DNA of 62,980 nt, filler included, from Reclinomonas americana ATCC 50394 (Eukaryota), in assembly GCA_048213135.1 (NCBI GenBank). It is 9 parts of 9 records of this genome, joined end to end, with 100 filler letters (N's around TTAATTAATTAA, not from the genome) between each part and the next. Parts side by side here need not be neighbours in the genome. Positions count along the whole stretch, not along the records: positions 55,109 to 61,744 come from AFZH01018066.1; positions 61,845 to 62,980 come from AFZH01018071.1; 7 more parts are not named here. One strand, written 5' to 3'. Under the pieces are notes generated by a model. The model was not told the origin of the DNA. It did not search any database and saw nothing but the letters and a program-made list of their open reading frames with translations. Both the position numbers and the translations under genes were made by a program. Shown piece after piece: positions 55,257-62,980 of the stretch (its first letter is position 1; the number at the start of each line of letters is the position of its first letter).

Positions 55257-56314
55257 ATGGACAAGGCCAACCTCGATGGCGTTCCCTTCCGGAAAACAGT
55301 GCGTCTTCCCTTGTGAGGCGCACGCGAGAGAGGCAATGTCCGCACCATCACCTCTCACTCTCGCTCACTCTCTCTGCCAACTCTGCCCTCTCTCACTTTC
55401 ACACACACACATCACAAGCACATTCGCATTCAGCCGCAGAGAGAGTGATATGAGGAGAGACATGCATGCATGCGTGACACGCAGACTGTGTGTCTGTGAG
55501 CATGAATAATGAGAGTTCCTCCGAAGTGAGCTGACGTGACTGCTGTGTGGCGTTGTCGCGCAGGTGGCACTCATCAACGAGTTCACATTGCGAACGGGCG
55601 AGTTTCTGAATCGCTTTGCTCGTGCATGCGAGACGAAGCTGCATGAGGTCGGTCAGAATCTGCATCGATTGGAGGTCACACTCGGCATTCTCGAGGGCAA
55701 GTTGCAGAGGTGAGCAGCCGAGGCGAGAGAGAAAGAGACAGGAAGATGACAGGAGTTCGGAGATGCTTGAAACGTGACGGAAGGAGCAGCAAAGGAGTGA
55801 GAACAAGGCAGACACTTGGAGAGTAGAGACAGCACGAGTCAGCTATTCATATCCGCCGTGCAGTATCGAGGGGCTGGATGCTGTCGGACCGGTGGCGCCT
55901 GCCGATGCACCACCACCATCAGCGATTCCACAGGGCACCGGACCGATGATGCCACCAGCGCCAGCACCAGGAGCACCAGGTTTGTAGTGTGTGCGGCATT
56001 TCACGGCACGAGACCCTCTTCCCCAGCCTCATTACGATCTTGTGTATCTTGCAGGCGCAGCACCACCTGCTGGTGGCGATGCAGCAGCAGCAAGTGGCGG
56101 CGGTGCTCCACCGGGTGTGCTGACCAATCGGCAGCACCCGATGCTGATGAGTTTCTTCAAGATGGTCAATTTTGGTGTGCCCGCCGGTGCCGTGAAGCAA
56201 AAGATGGCACTTGCCGGCTTCGACCCGAACCTGCTCGACAGTCCCGACGCACCTGCGCCCGCTGATCTGCCCATACCACCACCAGAGTCCGACTCGGATT
56301 CAGATGGCGATTGA
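55257..56314 (+). CDS. WASHC3: WASH complex subunit 3 (CCDC53)
   Basis: KTVALINEF...FLNRFA..CETKL...LEVTLGILEGKL.SI, Pro-rich linker, FFKMVNFGVP..AVKQKM...G.DPNLLD.PD. Confidence 0.92.
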
Positions 56315-56487
56315 TCGCAGGCAAGTGCGACGCGCACGTGCGACCAGATTGACCACGAGTGCAGCAGAGGAGACCATGTGTTGTGAATGTGCAGCAAAAG
56401 TAGTACACTGGGGGGAAAACATAAGCAACGTTCGTGGTGGGGGCAACGAAGTCACCTGTGTCCTCTTATCTCGTTTCAAGAAAGACA

Positions 56488-57652
56488 ATGTGGTGCAGTG
56501 CGCTGGCGCGACGGCTCTTCTCACGACGTGCAGACTCGCTCAACCCACGGCCACCTGTGCGGTTGCATCGTGTAACACCACTGCGGTGTGCAGCCACCCC
56601 AATCACACTCTCTGATTCTCTCTCTCCACACTCATCCTTCCTTCGTCGCATCAGACCTGTGCCGAGCCACATTCGCCGACCGCCGTACGTGAGCGACCCG
56701 GGCATACTCGACCGCTCGCCACCCACAGCACCCGTGCTAAAGACAGCCGAGCAGATTGATCGCATGCGTGAGGTGTGTGCCGAGGGTCGTGCTGTGCTCG
56801 ACTTTGCGGGCACACTCGTCGCCCCGGGCGTCTCCACCGACGAGATCGATCGGCGAGTGCACGAGTTCATCGTCGGCCGCAACCTGTACCCGTCGCCGCT
56901 GCGATACCGTGGCTTCCCGAAGAGTGTGTGCACGTCGGTGAACGAAATCATGTGTCACGGCATTCCCGACATGCGACCGCTGGAGGAGGGCGACATTGTC
57001 AACGTGGATGTCACGGTGCGAGGGCGGCAGATGCTTCTCCCCTCCCCGCTTCCGTGATCGTGCCTGAGCTCTTCTTTCGGTGCAGGTGTATTCGAAGCAC
57101 GGATTCCACGGCGACTTGTCGGAGACTTTCTGCGTTGGCCAGGTCGACAATGCCGCGCGTGCGCTTGTGGAGGCCTCGCGACGGGCCACCGAAGCAGGTG
57201 TGGCGCGCTGCGGACCGGGGGTCAAACTGCGAGCGATTGGCGAAGCCATTGAGGCGTCGGTGGCGAAGCACTGGCCAGCGCACAGGTGTGCGATTTTTAG
57301 CGATGTGCATGTGTGTGCGTGTGCTTATGAATCTCATCGCCGCGTTTGGGGGCGCAGGTACGGCTTGCCTCCGGATTTCACGGGGCACGGTATCGGAGAG
57401 ACGTTTCACGAACTGCCGTACGTGTACCCGCGTGCCACTGGTGTGGCGCACAATGAAGCCGGGTGCGACGTGCTGCTGCCGGGCATGGTGTTTACCGTGG
57501 AGCCGATTGTTACGGAATCAGGCGAGATCAAGTGGCGCATGTGGCGCGACGGGTGGACCGTGGTGGCAGCCGATCGGAGTCGCAGCGCGCAGTGTGAGCA
57601 CACCGTGCTCATCACACCGCACGGTCACGAAGTGTTGACACGCAAATCATGA
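56488..57652 (+). CDS. Type I methionine aminopeptidase, organellar MetAP1D-like
   Basis: IRRPPY, YPSPL.YRGFPKSVCTSVNE..CHGIPD, DVTV..GFHGD, GHGIG..FHE, FTVEP, SAQCEHT; Arg-rich presequence and no zinc finger. Confidence 0.93.
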
Positions 57653-57740
57653 GTGTACCCCACTCCAACTAGTTTTCACTGACACTACATACTTGCGACT
57701 CCCTCCACATCATCAACTATCGACTGCACGCAACACATTC

Positions 57741-58526
57741 CTAAAACGGCTGATGCACGTCTCTGTGTGTTCGCCTCGCGGCACCACGCACATCGGCGGC
57801 ACCTCGCACCATCACCGACGCCGGTGGGTACGCGACACCAGCTGCTCCCCACGCAGCATCTGTGCACAGCGAGAGAGTGAATGGGTGAGTGAACGGCTGG
57901 AAACTAATGGTCCAACCATCAAGAGACGCACCTCCGAGTCCATTGGCTCCCGCATACGGCATCCCGTTGCCAGCAGCGTACATGGCTCCACCCGAACCAT
58001 ACGCCTGCGGCTGCGGCTGCTGTGGTGGCGGCTGCATCTGCTGCGGTGGTGGCGGCGGCGGTGGTGGCGGTGCTGGCTGGCTCCACGCCGACGATGACAT
58101 CCAGATCGACGAACCCTCCGCATACGGCGGTGGCGATGCCTTTAGTGGTGACGCGGAGGATTGAGAGTGCGAAGCGACAACACCAAGAAGCGACGCCAAT
58201 GACCCCGATGACCCCGATGACGAAACCGATGACAATGTCGACGACGAAGATGCCGGCTGTGACGGCACTGCACCCCCCTGACCGGCCGCGGCAGCTGGTG
58301 CGGGGAACGTATCCGCACGGTAACCCACATGCATCGGCAACAAGTCGCGCAGCGTGGCCTGCATCCGTGCCTGTCACAAGACAGACGCACGCACGTGAGT
58401 AAACGATGCGCAAGAAATATAAATAACAGCATCCCTATCACACTCACTGTCTCGTCAGCCGACAGCAATCCAGATCCGCTCAGACCACCGCCTGCAGCTG
58501 CGGCTGCCGACAGCCGTTGTTGCTGT

Positions 58527-58561
<35 letters not shown>

Positions 58562-61500
58562 TTGCTGTTGCTGAAAGTAGTACTGCTGTTGTTGTTGCTG
58601 TTGTTGTTGCCGTTGCAGCTGCTGCTGTTGGTAGGCGTACTGCTGCTGCTGCTGATGCTGCAGGTACAACAACTGCTGCTCCGTAAAGGCCATGGGTTGC
58701 TGCTGTGGTGCCGCCGCCTGCGACATGAGTGATGACTGACGAAGATACTGCTGCTGCTGTTGTTGCTGCTGCTGCTGCTGCTGTTGAAGTTGCTGCTGTT
58801 GTTGTAGTTGCTGCTGCTGCATTGCTGCATACTGTGCACGTTGCGCCATCATCTCATCCTGTGCCTCCTCTTGCGCAAACTGGAACCGAGACCGGCCTCC
58901 GCGTGAGACGCCACCAGCGCCGACAAGATCCGGTGCCACCGCGGACTGCATCGGCGCCGACATGGACCGCCCGAGAGCAGCATCGCCGCCAAACATGGCC
59001 GAGCTCTGCGCAAGTGACTCCATGCATGTCAACAACACCTCCTCCTCCGCCTTCGGAACACGCAGGAGAGAAACGTACCATGGGTGGTGGCTTGTTCGCG
59101 GGTGGTGTGGCCGCCGCCATGAACCACGACTCGAAGGACGACTTGTCAATCTGCAGCAGCAGCATCATCATGAGCAGCCACAAACACGACACACTGCCGC
59201 TCACGTCCTCAATGGTGACGCAACAGCTCCCGTAGCAGCACTTGCTGGAGGCTTCATGGGCTGGGCGACCTCGGTGGCAAACGCCGATTTGAGAATTTCC
59301 TGCGCACACACACAAGTGGTTAGCGCGCACACACACACACACATTGCTGGTGGTCATAATAGGTGCGACGCAACGCTAATGTTTGGCGCCACAACGACCT
59401 CCACAGTCGCAATCTCCTCGGTGGCCTTGCCCGGTTTCCACAAGTCTACAATCGCGGTGAGCCAGGCAACAACAACAGCAGCAGCAGCAACAACAGCACC
59501 AGCACTTGACAAACCATCGGGTGTTGGTGTAAGCGGTGTCTGCGGCGCAGACGGCATTGGTGTCGGCAGAGAGTGAGATTCCACGACAGCTACTGGTGGT
59601 GTTGGTGGTGGCTGTGCTGGTGGTGGCGCCGACAGGTCGTCTTCGTCTGGTCTTGGTTGTGCCTTGCTGGCGCTGCTCGGTGCAGAGCTGGCAGCGGCCG
59701 CCGCCTGTGCTGGTGGGACCTTGGAGGCAGCCGGAGAAGCCTTGGTGGCAGTAGCCGCAGGCAAGGACGACGCAGCAGCAAGTGACGATGATGACGACGA
59801 TGATGCCTTGGAAGACGACGACGGCGCCTGCTTGCCCCCTGCCGCTTTCCTCTCCGCCACTGGTGGTGTCTGCGGTGTCTGGATGGGCGCAGGGAACGCT
59901 GGTGGCACCGCTGCTGCGGCGGGGGAGCCCTCATTGCGAGTCTCCGGTGGTGATGATGATCCTCGCGCCTTGTTGCCCCACGACGCCGTCCGAGGCAACA
60001 GCGCCGACACAATCTCCTCCTTTTTCTGTTTTCTCAGCTTGTCGTCCTTGGGCTTTTGACAAGCAGAGCGACACACAATGAGTGTCTGACAACGAAACAA
60101 GAAGGGTGGAATGCAGAGTAGTGGTTCGTTGGGCACCTTCTGGTTCTCCGCCGGATTCGCCTTCACATCGAGCACCGTCGGCCACTCACTCGGATTGAGT
60201 GTTGGTGGAGTGACCGCAGGCTTGCTCCCACCCCACGCCTTGCCAAACGAACCCGATCTCGTCACTTCTGCAGCCGAAGACGCAGGGGTTTGGAAATTCG
60301 CCTCATTCTCCCATTCTTCCTCGTCATCTGCCGGCGCATCCGCGTACACTGCGAGGCAAGTGAGCACGACGGACTGACAAAAAAGGGTGGTGGTGTTGGC
60401 GGCGGCGCATAAACTACCTTCCTCGTCTCCAAACACAAACGACATTGGCGGCAGACCCTTGCTGCACTCGCGCACAACAATCGCAGTCAGTCAGTCGGTG
60501 AACATTGGCTATCGCTCGGCACGTGTACACGAACCCCTCAAACTCCTCCACCACTGGGAACGACTCTGGATTCACCGTCGAGCTAAATACACCACGCCTA
60601 CGGCAAATTCGCCAATGAGTGCACCCAAGCAGCTATTTCCCCCTCCCAGCCAAACACACGCACATGTCCAACAGATCCTCCTTGGTGAACGTGTCGGCCT
60701 GGTCACCCACGTAGTGGAGGTACATGCACTCAGGATTCGGGCACGAGATGCCACGCAAAAAGTGACTGCAGTACTTGGTGGTACCAAAGCACGTCCTGCG
60801 CCAGCACACATACACACACTATTTCAGCGATACCTAAACAACGAGACGCTGGTGTATGGCGTTGTTCCGCAGCGCACCGAATCTGCCGACCCTCCAAATA
60901 CGCTCCGTTTGTACAACAAATGGCATTGTACGCATCATCCTCATCCTCGTACGTAATATACGCCGTCGCCGGGCTCTTGTTGCCCACACGCGTCACAACC
61001 ACCTTGGCCACAATACCGTACTGAGCGAAATACTCATGTCTCCGTAGTATCTGCGCGCGCAATGAGCAAGAGTGGCCGGCTCGCACAAGAGAAAAGGCAC
61101 ACAGCGAGCCGGACCTCCTCACGGGCCAGCGACACGGGCAGGCCAATGACATACACCAGGTTGCGCTGCACCACGCGCACATTCTCTAGCGCCCTCCGCT
61201 GCGGTATCACCGGCGGTGGACCCGTCATCATCGGAGCCGGCGGAGCATTCGGATCAAAGTCTGGCACCGCAGGTGGTGAGTTCCCGCGCCGCCCCTCCCC
61301 CGAATGCTGCCGCCGCCGAGGTCCAGCTCGATCACGAGCAGGACCCTCGGTGGCAGCGCTGCCATTTTTGCCACCCGAGCCACCACGCCGCCGTCGCCCT
61401 CGATCCTGCTGCGACTGTATCGCCTGGAGATCGAGGGTGGAGGTCGTCGATTGTGATCCTCTGTGTAACGCCAAGTGAGCACGTGCAACACTCCTCGGTG

Positions 61501-61633
61501 CACGCACGCACACACTCAACTCGGGTGGTGCCTCCAGTCGCACTTTGTCGGGGTCATACGGACTACGGCAGTTCGGGCAGCGACCATCCATCTTCTCGTT
61601 GATGTTGTGGTAGCACCACACACACACCTGCAA
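57741..61633 (-). CDS. CNOT4: CCR4-NOT subunit NOT4 (RING, RRM, C3H1, long low-complexity tail); 5' end in a gap, stop approximate
   Basis: QVCVWCYHNI....GRCPNCR.PY, VRVVQRNLVYVIGL, EYFAQYG, FGTTKYCSHFL...C.NPECMYLH. Confidence 0.93.
58515..58820 (-). repeat. CAG/CAA trinucleotide tracts encoding poly-Q in NOT4
   Basis: (TGC/TGT)n runs on the + strand; a similar tract lies at about 42302-42379 in the phosphatase gene. Confidence 0.9.
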
Positions 61634-61853
61634 TCAACACAAAGTGATGAGCTGGAAGCACCTACACCACGGGAGGTCAGAGGTGCACCACGCAACTCGG
61701 TAGCCACACGGACACGGGCGGAATCGCATGTCTATGCATGCACGNNNNNNNNNNNNNNNNNNNNNNNNNNNNNNNNNNNNNNNNNNNNTTAATTAATTAA
61801 NNNNNNNNNNNNNNNNNNNNNNNNNNNNNNNNNNNNNNNNNNNNGACGACGAC

Positions 61854-61855
<2 letters not shown>

Positions 61856-61948
<93 letters not shown>
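61856..61948. repeat. Long (CA)n microsatellite, intronic, next to a gap
   Basis: About 90 nt of uninterrupted CA repeat. Confidence 0.97.
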
Positions 61949-61950
<2 letters not shown>

Positions 61951-61983
61951 ACAAATCAGTACCCGTCCACCAGCACAAACAAC

Positions 61984-62949
61984 GTGCTGTCGCTCGTCCA
62001 CATTACCAATGCGGTCGGCACGCTTCTGCTGCTCCGTGCGCTCATCGCCAACAGCACCAATGCCGGCCGTGTTGCTGCCGCGGACGCGCACCTCGATCGG
62101 ATTCACAATGCCCTCGCCGACACGACCGAGACCCCGACCCTCCACGTAGCCCATGGACTTCATCATGTTGAGGATCTTGCTGCCGGCCTTGCCCTGCAGG
62201 AAGACGCCGTAGTCGCGTTCCTTGCCCAGTCTGTGCGCGCACACAGCATGAGATGTGCATGCGCGAGACAAGTCGTGAGAACACAAGGAAGAGAAACGCA
62301 CTTGGCCAGCGGCAGCGATCGCTTGGCGACACCCTCCTTTTTCTTGCCCAACACAATGCGTGGCTTGACTCGCGGTCGTGAGGGGTCGTCGTCGTCGTCC
62401 TCCTCACCGTCTCCTGTTGGAAGGTGCACAGATGAGACGAGACACTACTACGCGCACTGCACAGTCAACGCACTTGCGCTCTCCTCGCTCGTGGCACGAC
62501 TGCGACTGCGACGCCGCGAATCGTCGTCATCGTCATCGGCTTCGTCGTCACCGCCCTCCTCGTCATCTTCACTCTCCGGGTCCTCAAAGTTCCGCGCTCC
62601 CAGACCTCGCCGCGGCCTCGTCACATCAGCATCCTCGTCCTCGTCCTCCTCCTCCTCACCCTCCATGCGCACATCGCCAGCTTTGAAGCCGACAAAACGC
62701 GGCGCCGACGACATGGGACTGTCAATGAGAGAGAATGAGAGAGAGAGAGAGGTACACGCTGCACAGTGGCACGCAACTCGTCATCGCCATCGTCGACCAG
62801 CATACCATCTCGCCGTCGCTTTTTACGCGGCAAACCATCCTCGTCGCCGCCGCCACCATCATCATCGTCGCCATAGTCCTCATTGAAGACACCGAGAATG
62901 GCATCCTCCTTGGATCGCCGACCACCATTGGCGGGTTCGCGTCGTTTGC
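61984..62949 (-). CDS. TFIP11: Tuftelin-interacting protein 11 / Ntr1-like G-patch spliceosome disassembly factor, partial
   Basis: SKEDAILGVF (TIP_N-like) followed by the G-patch KILNMMKSMGYVEGRGLG..GEGIVNPI. Confidence 0.75.
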
Positions 62950-62980
62950 CTGCACCAAAAAAACGAGAGACAGTGAGAGA

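Overview
Gene-dense, intron-rich eukaryotic (protist-like) nuclear DNA. Eight artificial 100-nt gap spacers (N44-TTAATTAATTAA-N44) join the pieces, and at least two genes read through gaps, so the pieces are largely in scaffold order. I traced by hand about 29 spliced protein-coding genes or gene fragments: mitochondrial LysRS, HslU, a CYTH-like protein, a Vps4-like AAA ATPase, NCBP1/CBP80, a PTS2-bearing acyl-CoA oxidase, BAP31-like, PARP, TRAPPC9, APRT, a beta-lactamase-family hydrolase, a membrane-anchored purple-acid-phosphatase-like protein, kelch, ankyrin, SMP-30-like, two tandem alpha-arrestins, SRR1-like, WASHC3, an organellar MetAP1, CNOT4, TFIP11 and several orphans. The traced introns are GT-AG and mostly about 55-100 nt. 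The main signal is in the splicing code. Roughly one in five traced introns starts with GTTGCG(T/C), the ordinary GTGCGT donor shifted by one base, and these almost never follow an exonic G. This matches the +1-shifted U1 register known only as a rarity in humans. There is also a 3-nt micro-exon in HslU and near-zero intergenic spacing, including a stop/start overlap. All gene models and counts are manual, with no transcript evidence.
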